From: Ginglymostoma cirratum
Lineage: Eukaryota
DNA length: 64,000 nt
Reading direction: 5' to 3'
Assembly (NCBI GenBank): GCA_024137785.1
Contig: JAHRHZ010000095.1
Span: 124,001-188,000, forward strand
Shown here: positions 1 to 13,755 of the stretch, piece after piece
Numbering within the stretch: position 1 is the stretch's first letter
How the letters are laid out: every line of letters begins with the position of its first letter
Position numbers and translations under genes: made by a program
Notes under the pieces: generated by a model
Told to the model about the DNA's origin: nothing
The model's input: the letters and a program-made list of their open reading frames with translations, nothing else
The model's database searches: none

Positions 1-469
1 AGTAAATGGTCAACATTATTCTCCGAGTTTGTTTCTGCAGGCAGTTGCTCCTTCTCTCTATATATTCCAACCCATTAAAGCAACTCCAGTCCAATTTGGT
101 CCTACAACAAACTTAAGACCATAGTCTCCAGCCACCTTTTCTAACTATTTTTGAGTGCTGCTTTTACCACAGTTTTATCTAAAGGGATTGATTTTGCAGG
201 TTCTTCCCACCATCACCTGCTTTCCTCTTTGCAGGACTTCCTGCTGCCTCCACTGGATGCCTTAAAAGTTTACATCTAAACATTTCATTTCACTCACTAC
301 AGGCTTTGAATTTATTAGTTCATGGTTTCTGCTCAGACCAACAATTAAAACGGCATGGTCAGCTAGCATCACCTAAAAGCAAAGGAAGACGATATTGATA
401 AAGGAAGCTTTATACAGTCACGGGATAAAATCTTTATTTAATCTAAGCATTTAAAAATACAATGTAAGC

Positions 470-2340
470 ATACAATGTGGTAAAGATTCGTGGGAAGTCA
501 GAGGATTGGGAAGCTTTTAAAAACTAGTAGATGATGATAAAAGCAATAAGGGAAGAGAAGATGAAATGTGAGTGTAAGCTAGATAGTAATATCAAAGAAG
601 ATTGCAAGAGCTCCTTTGGGTACCTAAGATAAAAAAGTAACAGAAAGGCAAGAATGGACATTGGACCATTGGAAACTGAGGCTGAAGAAGTGGTGATGGC
701 AAACAAAGAAATGGCAGAGGAACTGAATAGGTACTTTGCGTTAGTTTTCACTGTGGAAAGCACCAGCAGCAAAGTAGAACTGCAAGAGAGTCGGGGGCAG
801 AGGCGAGTTTAGTGGCCATCACTAAGGAAAAGTGCTGGGAAAGCTGAAAGGTCTACGTGTGGATAAATCACCAAGACCACATGGACTACACCCCAGAGTT
901 CTGAAGGAGATAGCTGGGGAGATTGTAGAGGCATTGGTGGTGATCTTTCAGAAATCACTGGAGTCGGGGAGGATCCCAGAGGACTGGGAAATAGCTAATG
1001 TAACACTTACGTTTAAGAACTGAGAGAGGCAGAAGACAGGAAATTATAGACTGATTAGCCTTATCTCGGTCATTGGTAAGATTTTAGAGTCCATTATTAA
1101 CGATGAGATTGTGGAATACTTCGAAATACATGATAAAATAGGGCTGAGTTAGCACTGCTTCATCAAGGGAAGGTCATGCCTGATAAATCTGTTAGAATTC
1201 TTTGAGGTAATGAGCAAATTGGACATAGGAGAGTCAGTGGATGTGATCTATTTGATTTCTGGAAGGCCTTTGACAAGGTGTTGCACAGGAGGCTACGAAA
1301 TAAGATAAGAAAGGGCCCATGTGTTAAGGGCAAGATACTGACATGACTGGCGGAAAACAGAGGATGGGGAATAAAGGGGCTATTTTCAGCATGACAGCTG
1401 GTGACTAGTGGGGTTCTGTAGGGGTCAGTGTTGGGACCACGACTATTCATATTATACATTAACTGTCTGGATTAAGGAATTGAGGGTGTGGATGCTAAGT
1501 TTGTAGATGAAACAAAGATAAGTGGAGGGACAGGTAGTGCGAGGAAGCAGGGAGGCTGCAGAAGAACTTGGATAGGCTAGGACAGTGGGCAAAAGTGGCA
1601 GATGGAAATACAATTTGGGAAAGTGAGAGGCTATGCAGTTTGATAGGAAGAATAGGGGCATTGACTATTTGTAAATGGGTAAAGGCTTTGGAAATCTGAA
1701 GCACAAGGGACATGAGAGTCCTAGTTCAGGATTCTCTTAAAGGTTAACATGCAAGTTCATTTTGGCAGTTGGGAAGGCAAATGCAATGTCAGCATTCTTT
1801 TCAAAAGGGCTAGAATACAAGAGCAGAAACGTACTGCAGAGGCTGTATTAGGCTCTGGTCAGACTGCATTTGGCATATTGTGAGCAGTTTTGTGCCCTGT
1901 ATCGGAGCTGGTGTTGGAGGGGATCCAGAAGAGGTTTACAAGAATGATCCCAGGGATGAAGGCTACGAGGGAGGATCTGATTGAAACTTACAGAACACTG
2001 AGAGCCTTGGATAGAGCGGATGAGAAGGTATTTCCACTAGTAGAAGAAACTGGAATTGAGGGCATAATGTTGGAGTGAAGGGATAACCCTTTCAAACTGA
2101 GATAAGGAGGACTTCTTCAGCCAGAAGGTGGTTAATTTGTGGAATTCATTGTCACAGGAGGCTGTGGAGGCCAAGTTAATGAGTGTATTTAAGACAGCAA
2201 TAGCTACGTTCTTGATTTGTAAGGAGAACAAGGATTACGGGAAGAAAGCAGGAGAATGGTGTTGAGAAACTTATCAGGTATGGTCAAATGACAGTTCAGA
2301 CTTGTTGGGCCAAATGGCCTAGTTCCGCTGCTATCTTCTA
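470..2340 (+). mobile_element. CR1-type LINE, 5'-truncated and decayed (RT region plus 3' UTR)
   Basis: Broken frames give CR1 ORF2 motifs (LKGLRVDKSPRPHGLHPRVLKE, SLESGRIPEDWEIANVT, LEGIQKRFTRMIPGM), followed by a CR1-like 3' tail. Many stops and frameshifts. Confidence 0.9.
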
Positions 2341-2736
2341 ATCTAAAAATACATTTCAAGATATTGTCAGCGTAGTTTTAATGTTGAACTCTAAGTTAAT
2401 TGCCACACGGGAGAGGAATGCGCTCAGGATCACATGACTAGTTTGGTATTGACTGTCATGTTGCTTGAAGGCAAATGCTTTAAACATTTGCATGATAAAC
2501 ACTGCTGCAGTTAACGTGACATGAGTGAAGTTTGTGCCGATGGTAAACCTATTTCCATCTCAGCAGGAAGCCATGTGTAACAAAAAAAAGTTTAAGGTTC
2601 ATGTACACACCATTCCTGTTTTCTAGATCATATTTAGAAGGAACCAGATCATGTGAACACCAGTCATTGAGATACAAGTTCATATGAAATAAAAACCGAA
2701 AGAACTAAACCAAAGAAATAAAAACTGAAAGAACCG

Positions 2737-2840
2737 AAAGTTCTGAGAAAGGGTCACTGGACCCGAAACGTTAACTCTGATTTTTTTCTTCAAAGATGCT
2801 GCCAACCTGCTGAGCTTTTCCAACAACTTTGTTTTTGCAC
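2737..2840 (+). mobile_element. Penelope-like pLTR fragment (subfamily B) with a mutated hammerhead core
   Basis: AAGTT-CTGAGAA-A-GGGTC-ACTG-GACCC-GAAAC-GTT-AACT at 2738-2776, followed by the arm sequence shared with the element at 61707-61923. Confidence 0.7.
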
Positions 2841-4129
2841 AAGTGCATATTGTTGGATATAGAGGACAAGTTATTTTCTCATCTCCCGCTTTCAAAGAAA
2901 TTCAGTGTAACGACAAGATTTGAAGAAACAATGGAAAATCTCACATGCTTTGTGTGATTACTGAAGACTATTTTGCTAATTTAGTTTTTCCACGTTTAAA
3001 ATATCTCTTTAATAGAATGAAGTATTGTGGTGTTAAACCAAGTTCTTCTGGTTCTCCTAGCAGCCGCTGCGAATGTGTTTTATGCAGTTTTTTAAAGGCT
3101 GTATGTCCTTTCATTCAGCTTCAGTCAGTACCGTTAAGTCACATCACTTTTGAAATCCTTACAAAGAATTATTTTTTGTATGTTTTTCTTCCCCTTTCTC
3201 TGACTTGTCTGATCCTGCCCTTTTCTTATTTCTGTTACAATTCAAGTATTTACTCTGAAACTGTTTTTTTAACATAACTACCATGGGGTAACATGCAGCC
3301 TGTTCTCCTTTAAGCCTTATTCATTAGCCCATCACCTGACGCAGAATGTCCAGTTCATTTCTGAAGGATGGAAGATGCAACTATGAACAAGTATTTTGAA
3401 ATTTATCTTCCTTTTGCGTTGTCACACTTCAGCCAAATTCACTTATTAGCCTGTTGTTTGACTGCCACCTTGGGCTGTCAACTTCACCTACAGGAAAGAG
3501 CTGAAGTGAGCCCCTTACAGATGGTTTGCAGCTGAGAGTTGACGTAGTGGAAATTGCAGGCACACTCCATAATCTTCCCACTGTGATGAGAGATGTGTTC
3601 AATGTTGTCAAGCACATTCCAGTTCCATTTCAAACTGATGAGACTGCAACAATGATTTCAGTGAGTGCAACCATAACATTGGAGTGAGGAAATGCATTGT
3701 GAAATTAAAACAATGCATACTGGCATTAAAGCGATTTGTACAACATTGTACGCAGCCAAGGACAGTGTATACTTGCAAAACATTCCATCATATGTTCCAT
3801 GGTCTTGCAGCATCTAAATCAGTGACTGTAGCATGGATCACGTAATTCATAGGAGTATTCAAGACTATTCCATCCAAAATTAGGTGCTTCTTTCAGATCT
3901 CAATCCCACTGGATCTGCCATTTCACTATATACTTTTTCATTCTGTTAACACATGCATGCTTTCCTTTAGCATACTGTTCCACTGCTAGTTACCTTCAAT
4001 CACATTGAACTGCGGGTCACATAAAACTGCCTTGTCATCTAAAATTTTATCTGCATTCCTAACTTGGTGTTTTCCTTTGTCCGTCCCTCATTGCGTCATA
4101 GCTATACTCTGTAAATATTTTATGGCAAC

Positions 4130-5060
4130 CTTTATTCAAAGGAAGGGTAGGACTGATCAGGGTCCAAATGTGAAACAACAGACAGTAGATGAGATGCTAA
4201 ATGAGTACTTTGACAGTGTTTTCCTCAACCAAGATATGTCTAATTTAGAATTTTAAGTAAGAAATTTAGAGAAATTGAATGGAATAGGGAGGAAATGCTT
4301 TAGAAAAGGCACAGCTACAAGTGAGAAATTAATTCATTCTAGACAAAATACATTAGGATCTAAGTTGCAAGAAAAGTAATTGGAGAGAAATTTAGGTAGA
4401 GGTGATAGAAGAACTAGTCATAACTTCTAATCCTTAATTCCAGGGAAGATAATAGGACTGAAGGTTGCAAATGTATATACTCTTTCAGGACAGAGCTGAG
4501 AGATAAACGAGTAATTAAAGATCTGAGGAAGCTTTGAGACAATAATCAGGAATAAAATTAATTGGCACTTTTGAAGAGTCTAGGAAATAAATGAAAAAGA
4601 GCACTGATTTGTTAAATGCAAGTTGTGCTCCATTGATTAATGGCGTTCTTAGTAATAGTGAGTGTTGAGGAGAATATTGTTGCTTTGTATATGGACTTTC
4701 AAAAGGCATATAGCTAAGTGCCACAAAATAGAAATTGTTCGCCAAATTGTAGATTATTGGTATAAAAGGGCCAATGGGCACATGGATGTGAAATTGCAGA
4801 ATGTGCAAAAAACATAGATATGAACAACTGTTTTTCAGAGTTAGCAGGTGACATTGGGAAACGCATTGATGTGGAGAACAAGTTGAGACTTCAGGAGGAC
4901 TGAAACATGTCTGTGAACGTACACTTCAAATTTGAAATTTGATTGCAGATTAGTGTGAAATGGTGCACTTTAATAGAGACAGTGAGGTGGGAAAATGTGA
5001 ACTAATTTTAAAAGGGATTGAGGTACTCGGACCCTGAGGGAGTACTTACTGGAAATTTTA
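4130..5060 (+). mobile_element. Old, heavily decayed CR1-type LINE fragment
   Basis: EMLNEYFDSVF motif and residual similarity, in the same order, to the CR1 at 470-2340. Confidence 0.55.
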
Positions 5061-5379
5061 AAGATGGCAGGACAAGTTGGAATTTTATTTTCAAATGGGA
5101 CCAGGTACCCCATTGTGTTCAAGGAGCAGGATTATATAGACCAGACATTGTCTTTGTGCATAGGGAAAGGATTTAAATTGATTAAACTGGATGCTGTCCC
5201 AGTGTTAGGGGCAGGGTTAGACAAACAGGGCATTGTCGCTGTGTTAAGAACAAGGCACTGCCTGAGTGTGAGCAGTGGCTTTATATACACTGTGGTCACA
5301 TCTGTGTGAAAGGAACTTGGTTAGAATACACTCCCCCTGTGTGAGAGGGGCAGCATTAAAGCAGACGCATGCCACTATT

Positions 5380-5670
5380 TTTAAGGACCAGGGTTAGATT
5401 GTCGAGAATGCTTGAATATGTTCAAGACAGATACAGATGGATTTCTGGTGTCTCGAGAAATCAGCAGATATTGGGAAGGTGAATTTGCGGCAGAAGCTCA
5501 GCCATAAAAGCATTGAATGACGGAGTAGGCTCAAGGGACTTTGTCTGTTTCTATTTCTTAATGTTTCAACTTGTAACAACAGAGCATAGCTTTAAAATTA
5601 GACCTATGCTTTTGAGGGACAATATCAGATAGCACTTCTTCACACACAAGGTAGTGGAAATCTGGATGAT
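5380..5670 (+). mobile_element. CR1 3'-end fragments
   Basis: Similar to the 3' tails of other CR1 copies in the window (ttcttcacacacaaggtagtggaaatctgg; tcagccat..ttgaatgacggagtaggctcaaggg). Confidence 0.6.
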
Positions 5671-5686
5671 TTCACACACTTCTGCA

Positions 5687-5885
5687 TCTCTCTCTCTCTC
5701 TTTCTCTCTCTCACACACACACACACACACACCCCTCCCCTTGCACATACTGCCCCCCCCACACACGCCCTCCCTTCACATGGCCCCCTGCATGTGCCCA
5801 CTCCCCACCCTCTCTCACGTGCCCACTCCCCTTATGCAGCGCCTCCCACCCGCATGCACACCCCACACTCTTTCTCCCTCTCATA
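5687..5885. repeat. (CT)n(CA)n microsatellite followed by C-rich low-complexity sequence
   Basis: Seen directly in the sequence. Confidence 0.9.
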
Positions 5886-7291
5886 GAAACGTGTGCATAT
5901 ATACACATCCTACTTGTTTATCGGAAATTAATTAAAACTGTAAAGCCTGAGAATCATTACATATTATCAGGCAAAGGTTTTCAGAGTTAAAAAACAGTGG
6001 ATTTAACTGATTGAATAGGGTTCAGAGACAGGTTCAGAGACAATGACCTATACTTGTTCCTTTGGTGAGCACTGCATCATCCTCTACTGTGTACTCTGCA
6101 AGTCACTTTCTGGATGTCTGTGCCTCAGATTCACTGGTGCATTCTGTGGCAGTCACTGGCTATACACTGCTTCTCAAAACTGTGCAACAAAGCCTGCTGC
6201 TCTGCCGTTCATTAACTGCACCCATACTCTGCAGTTCCCCCTACTTCACTGAAAGGTTTGGAGGGTTGGCTGCACAGAGCAAACACAGTTCAACTTATAG
6301 CAAAGCTGCAACTGTTCTTTGATGAGAAGCCAAAAGGATCAGCATTGGCTATATTCCAACTACTTTAATTATTGTAGATGAGCCCCATTCTTATTTTAAA
6401 CCCAAGCATCCATACTGCCCTCAAAGCATGTTCCAGTCCATGAGATTTTCTCAGTTTTTTAAAGTAGTTGTTTTAATAATGGTAGAAACTTTTCCTACAA
6501 GGTCTCTGCACTATTCACTTTTGCTAGTTCATTGGAATTGTCTGCTGCTTCGGTCTTATGTAAATGTTAACTATAGTCTGCAAGTAACCCATAACGACTA
6601 ACAACACGAGGTCAACAAAGACTATGATCCTTTCTTGTCATCATTAGTTAAATATAAACCAAAGCAATTTCAGGTAAGTCATTGCAAGCAAAGGGCAAAA
6701 GTTAAAAATTCTGAGGGGAGTGTTGGAGATGGCAGTAATAATAAAATTCACTTCCGCTGATAGTTTTAACCATCTTATCGGGATTGCCACCATACACCTT
6801 CATCAGAGTAGGATTCTTTATTGTTAGATATGTTATCAACTGGTTTCCAGTTGCACAATCACTTCTTCCCCTCTACAGTTGCTCAACTCATCAGAGGCTA
6901 CCAACCAACTAGTACCCAGCCGTCTATAATTTACTGCTTTTCTCTGAAAACTTTGCTGTCATCCCCTTAAGGAAAATGCAAAGCCAGTTAATTTTCATAC
7001 ATCAAGTGCAAGCCATCAGCTGTTGAGTTGGACCAAGACCAATTCAATCATGGGAATAAGAGAACATAAATGGCGCTGTGCATTTCACCTCTGGAACTTG
7101 CATTCAGTTCCAACCCTGAGTGATCCGATGAAAATCAGGCTTGTTGGATGTGATAAGCTTGGGCAGTCAAATGCCGTACACACATGGGAATGGGCCGTAG
7201 CAGAAAGACTGCAAGTCATTTGGTGTTAACCAGAAACCTCACTGAGCCCACAGAACAGCCATTTTAGGAAACTGAGAAATCATATGATACA

Positions 7292-7392
7292 AGATAACAA
7301 GGTGTGGAGCTGGATGAACACAGCAGGCCAAGCAGCATCGTAGGAGCAGGAAAGCTTGACGTTTCGGGCCTAGACCCTTCATCAGATTTTCT
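7292..7392 (-). mobile_element. Penelope-like pLTR half-element (subfamily A) with an intact hammerhead core on the - strand
   Basis: The reverse complement of 7358-7385 reads CTGATGA-A-GGGT-CTAG-GCCC-GAAAC-GTC. The arm matches those at 46834-46928 and 48932-49014. Confidence 0.8.
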
Positions 7393-9345
7393 CAGAGCGA
7401 GGCAAAAGAGAAATAAGGAAGCAAATGGGATGAGTTCCTACAGGATTCGAGTACTGGAACATTCCAGCACTCTGGCGGTGGCATCTGAAACTATTTATAC
7501 CAGAGTTGAGTGCTCAAGGGTGATGCTGGGTATGTGAAATGTAAAGTGTATCTTCCACACACATTCACACAAAACAAGACTCAATGATTTACATTGTTTT
7601 GATAATGTTTGTATGGTAGCGTATGAACAGTGAACGACATAAGTACCTTTGTAAAGTGGGTTTTTGTCCTTTTCTGTTATCTCCATTTGTTGGACCTTAG
7701 CTGTTTTGGTAAGTGATTTTTGGGAAGCATTTGCTCTGATTTTGAGCTGAACTGCTTTCTAAAGCAAGCCAGCAAACACAATGAGAGAAAGGCCCTGAGG
7801 GTCAGGTGTTCAGAGTAAATAAATGCTTAATGTGAAAGGAGAAACTTAAGCTATGGGATCAAAGGCTGAGATGCGCTGGAGCATGTTTGCAGAGGAGCAG
7901 TGCTCCAGGTGATCATCTCCCTTGAGACGCCTGCTTTCAGCTGGAGTGGAGAGGTCTTGACCTTTTAGCAAAATATGTATGACTGCCCCAATAACAAACA
8001 GCAAGAAGCTGCAGCACGAGACACCGGTTTTAAAATAGTAAATGCTGGACAGAGCACGGTAAGGTTTATTGGCATCTGAAGGAGAGGGAATGTAATACAA
8101 TATCAGGGAGCCCTTTATGAAAATTCACTTTGTAAAAGTGTCCAGCCTCTGTCACCACCTGAAACATTGACCATATTTCTTTTCCTACGAATGATTAATA
8201 TTTTGCAATGCATTTTTTAAAGATTACATTTCCAACTGTCATTGTTTATCTTTTGCTTCCTGGTTTATGCCTGGAGCAATCCAAATGCAAATCATTTTTC
8301 TCCCTGCGAACGAGCACTTGACTGAGTGAGGTGGCACCAGTTAACACTCGTTTTATCCTCCGAGGCCAAAGGGCTCTGTCTCAAACTGGTAAAGCTGATC
8401 AGTAGTTAGTTTGATAGGCGTTGAGTCATTGGTCATTACTGCATGACTTAGACATGCCTGAGTTCAGGATCATTGACTATGCAGCTCCCTACCACTTTGA
8501 AGGAGAAATTGCTGGTGGAATATGAATTTTAAATTGCTTTCTTGAATTTCCCAGGGGAAAAAGTTGAGTTTAACCTGCATTTCAACCAATGTTGTCACTC
8601 AAACTCTTGTGGCAAAATAGACAGAAGCTCTTGATCACTGTGTCTTTTTTCAGCCTCATGCTCCCTGACTTTGATACTTCACTTGCCCTGATTAATATTT
8701 ATGATTCCATGCAAGTCCTCCTTTTAGTTGTTTTTGAGTACCTCTTCTGACTTGCATGAGCCAGAAACACGAATAGAGGTCACTGTGGTCTCTAAACATT
8801 GGTCTCAGCTGAAGCTTCAAGATCACAAAGAACTAAAATTAACTTAAAAGAAATCAATCAGTGAGAATAACCTCCCTCACTGCCCCTAAAGTGAAGTCTT
8901 CGATCATGGAAGGATTTGTCTCAGAGTTGAGAATTATTGCATTGTATCTCCTGTGTTACTGTTTGATCTTTGTCTGGAGTATTGCTTTCCACTATGGCAG
9001 ATGCTTTGATGGTTCTTATGAATGGCACTGATTATGTATGTCACTACTCCTTTAAATCTTTTTCTGGAATTCTGACCTCAGTACTTCATGGACAGAACAC
9101 ACTTAATGAAAGTAATGGCCAATAGCCTGAGTTTGGAGTGCACTCTTGCCTGATGATAGTCCTGATGGTGGTCATCACATCAATGCTAGTTCCTACCTTT
9201 TTCATCCACATTGTTTGAAAGGCCCTGAACAATTTTGATAACTCCAACCCAGGTGGATACTGGTGTAAATTTACCACGAGATGTTTTACCAACTGTGACA
9301 ATGCTTTTGTTGTCTCCCTTAAAGTAAGAAATTGGCTCTGAAAAT

Positions 9346-9611
9346 TGTAGCATTGATGAATCCAGGAGACATTTATTAAGCTAATTATTATGCACAAACA
9401 TTACATTCATAAGCATACAAGTGTCTTAAGTAACATTAAGATTTTAGATCGCGACAAACCAGAATTAAGCAGCATGCTTCAAGTGATCCCGATATAAAAT
9501 GAAATATGTGAGGACTTTACGCCCTTGGGTCACATGCTTTGTTACAGCGATAATATTTTGATTATGTCTGTCAACTATATACTGACAAATTCACTGAGAC
9601 ACAATGTAACA
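9346..9611 (-). repeat. 3' LTR of the Gypsy relic (TG...CA ends, preceded by a PPT)
   Basis: The first ~105 bp align with 13651-13755 (gaatccagcagacatttattatagctaactattatgtacaagcattgcattca). The polypurine tract lies at 9612-9624. Confidence 0.7.
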
Positions 9612-12600
9612 TTACCCTTTTTCCGAAGATGCACACTTAATTCGAACAGATTTGCATAATTGTCTGTAACTGCATGCCAATCCGTTAATTATACAACAGG
9701 GAAAAAGTTTACAAGCCCGGTATTACAGAGATCAATATAACACTTTGGAAGTTTGACAATTTGTCCTAATCTGATGATCGTATACCCTCTTGGAGAAGTG
9801 CACTTTGTTCTCTGTTGCATTTGTTTGACAACTTGGTTATCTTGCTGTTGTTTGTTGTCTGTCAACATCATGGTATAATCCTTACTAGTGTTTTATTGTT
9901 CACTTTTTTCATAATGGATTAGTGTGCTGTAGATTAGTCTGAGCTGCCTTCTGTTCCCTCAGTGTAGGTCCGTGATCAGTAATCATTTTGGATTAACTGG
10001 GCTGGCTGAATATTTTCGAAGCCTTTGCTGGAATCCAAATATTTGGAGTTCCAACCTGCATTTTTTTCCCAGCGTATAGTTTTCGAAGTTATCCTCATCA
10101 TGTATCTGGTCCATTCTCCCCTCTGTCTGAAGAAAGGGCAAGGTCATTTATACTTGCTGTTTGGATGTAGATTGAGCTGGGATGGTAATCTTGACTCCAT
10201 TGATGTTGCACAGAGATGCAGCAGTGCAGTACGAAAACCTTGCATTGTTACTTGACAGTTAATGATCATTGATTTGATAGTATTTGCCATACTTGCTGCT
10301 AGACCATTGATCATTGATGGTGGGGTACGATATCATATGGACCACTCCCTACTTGGTGCACGTTTTGAACCAGTTTGCTAGTGTATTGCAAAGCATTGTC
10401 AGACTCTATCTGATCCACACTACCAAATAAACTGAAAATAATGCTGTTTTGTCCACAGTTGTTACGCTTGTTGTGCTGATAAGTCAGTGAGTGATGGAAA
10501 GTCTGGAGAAATAGTCTGTCACCAGGATGTAATCTTCCCCTTGATTGTGGATAGATGTGTTAACACTTCCATCCAGCAAATGGTCGGAACATTGTGTGAA
10601 TGTAGAGGCTAACTCTGCTGCTGGGGTTGATAGGTTTGGTATGGCATGGCTCAGATGTGTTGTCATTCAATATCCTGATTCATGTGCTTGCCATCTTGTA
10701 CGCTGAATACCTATGTGTCCATGAATATCTTAGAATAATACTTCAGTTACTATGCCTGATTTATCCTTAAAAATGACTTGTGTGATATAGCAAGTTGAAC
10801 TCTGTATGCCCAAAATGAACAAACCTTGTTAGATACCACTGTAATACTCATGCCATCTTTAGATAGTGATCTTTTGTGGCTCTTGTAAGTGTTCATCACC
10901 AGTTGCCAATTACAACACTTCACTTTGGCACTGGTCAAAGTATAACGCATCAACTTTGAACACAGTTTGCATTAACGTGTAGTTCAAGAGTTCACCTTAG
11001 TCTTTGTCTGGGTTGGGTAACCTGCACATGTCATATTTAATCATTCTGGTACCTGGTATCTCACTTCGAAGTTATATGCTTGGATCTGGACAAGGGGTGC
11101 ACTCATCATTGGTTTGTAGCATTTCATTTTGAATTGCTATGATCAGTTTTAATGGCAAATTTGTTGACAAATAAGTATGTGTGCAACAACATGATACCAA
11201 ATACCAAATTAATATATCGTGCTATATATTGGAATAGTTGGCTTATCTGTTGACAGGTCGTTGCACCAAAGAGAATAAGTTCTGCATCAAAAAAGACATG
11301 CGCCTGTGACTTTTTACTGTTTCTGCTTTACGAATTGTAACTTCTCTGGTTTTTGCAGTATTATAGTGAGCAACATTTGTCTAACAAAGCATTTGTTTCA
11401 CATCTCAATCTTAGCTGGATCAGGACGGATTTGATGGTTGGAATAAAAGGGCCAAAAGATATTTATCTGCCTAATGTTGCCCTTGCAGTTTGTGCTGCTA
11501 TGTGTCAAATCATATTAACACAGTGCTGGCATCAGTAAGTGAAAGTTGTGGTCATGTGCTTTCTTTGTCTTACCCATGGTTGTGATATCATCAGAATCAC
11601 AAAAACAACCAGGTATGTTCTCAATGATCCTATACTTATGCCGCTGGAATGTGTCTTGGCTGACTGAGAACTCAAGTGTTAACCATCAGAAACTCTGCCA
11701 ATCAAATGACACCCTATATGTTATAACCATTTAAGATTAAATGGACAGACCATTGTCCATGTTTCGTATCTAGACTGGAGAAGAATGTTGCTCTGGAAAA
11801 CTTAGTGTTTAATTCTTCCAGTGCTGGTGGTTTGTTTGGATGCCTTTTAAATGAATGGTTGAGGCATTTTAGATCTAAACAAACCCTTATGTTGCCATCA
11901 TTGTTTAAAACACACAGTGGAGCTACACCAATCTGTATGGTGGTAGACATTCTGAATTATACCTTTTCACTCCATCTCATTCAGTTCCACTCAAAACTTC
12001 GCTCAAATATGCATGCTGCACTTCCTTGGAGAATCAGTAAATGTGGTTGGATCATCTTCAAGATGCAGTACTGCGTTACCCTTAAAATTGTCAATCACAT
12101 CAAACTCATCTGTGTGCAGATGTTTGTGATTGCTAATTCAATCATGCCACATGTCTGTTCTGCCACATTGGTTGTGATTTGAATTTCAGGAATTGTGACT
12201 ATTTCGAGATCTGTGCATACAGGTAGTCTTGAACCACTGCTGCACTGTTGTTATCTAGTGGGTAGAGAATTTCAGGAGGCCAAGATTAGCTTGCGTTTTG
12301 GCTCTGCAATGCACAACATGGATGATCCATTATATGCTATGAGATGGTCTCTTATAGGCTATGCTGTCGAGTGCCATTTGCTGAGATAACGTGTCTTTCA
12401 GATGTGTATTGGTAATATGTTGGCACTAGCTCCTGTGTTGGGTTTGGCTGTTAGAATTCTGCCTTTCCAGGACACTTTAATGTTCATGATTGTAAAGACT
12501 CTGATCACCTTATACCGTACACATGGTGTTTGACATTAGCATCACGCAAAACTTGATCATATCTTCTGATATTTACCTTTTGCTTGGTTGACTCTAAACT

Positions 12601-13755
12601 TGATGTGTTTGTGTACCTGAACAATTTTTGTTCTGCCAGTGTTGTGCTGTTGTATCATTTTGTTAGTCAGCTGTGTTTAGTTCTGAGCTTTGGCTTGGCT
12701 TTTGAAACCAGATTTCCTGCACATGTGCCTAATGGCTTTTTATGCTACATGCTTTACAGATATCAAGAAAAGCTGATCAGCTTTTGGGTAGATTGATGTT
12801 CCCCATTTTGTAACAATTTTGTTGGTTTGATGTGTTTTGTTGACTATAGTAATAATGTTGTCTGTACTTAAAATGTATAAGTATTGACATGATGGCTTCA
12901 TACTTGTGTCCATACTCAAGTAATGTGCCAATGGTTAAGACCCTTTCTTTTGCCTAGCAGATCCTTCCGCAAGACTTTAAATAGTGTAGAGGCAATGACA
13001 AACTCAATGAGTCTCTGATAGTTCCATTTCAGAAAATTGACACTTCCTTGCGACATCATCTGACAACCTGGTCAATAGATTAGTATATCTGGAATTGTTA
13101 ATCCTAAAGTTAATTTGTATCTTGTGGTGGTCTCTGAGAACTTTCCCAATCTTTTCTGGGTTATTGTGATTGTCTGTGGAAAGAACATCTGTGTAAATTC
13201 CCTGAAAGCCCTCTTTGCAAACAGCAAGTAGGATTTTCATAGTTCTTTTCTTGGAATTATCTATTGCTTGATCTGTAAAATAGAACTGCATATACATTTG
13301 ATTAGTTGTAAATCAGTAAAGGTGTCTCTGGTTACACATCCATAATTAAGGCTAACATGTAGAGTGGAAACACTTAAAATTTTGTGTTGTACTATTATCT
13401 ATAGATCTGTATAGCTGTTTGTACATAGAAACGGATGCTAATAATGGGTGAAAAACTGTTCCTTTGCCCAAATTCTCTGTTCATTTGGTTCATAATTAGT
13501 TTTCCAAATATCTACCATGACGATATTGGAACTCTTTGACAGTGACCGCTATGCATAGCATGGTGTGAGCTTGCTTCCAGCAGGGTATTTGTAACTGACG
13601 TGGAAACGCTTATGTTATCTCCTGTAACATAAGACACTGGTCAAGGATATTGTGGTATGGAAGAATCCAGCAGACATTTATTATAGCTAACTATTATGTA
13701 CAAGCATTGCATTCACAGGCACCAAAGTTAATATTACGTTATTAGATTGCAGTCA
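9346..13755 (-). mobile_element. Decayed Ty3/Gypsy LTR retrotransposon
   Basis: On the - strand in Gypsy order: gag-like (~13000-13330), protease-like KPNTGASANILP (~12410-12450), RT NIRVCLDLKCLN..ATFFSSLD (~11750-11950), integrase ILVTDYFSR (~10500). Diverged direct repeats start at 9346 and 13651. A PPT (GGAAAAAGGGTAA) abuts TGTTACA at 9624-9605. Confidence 0.8.
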
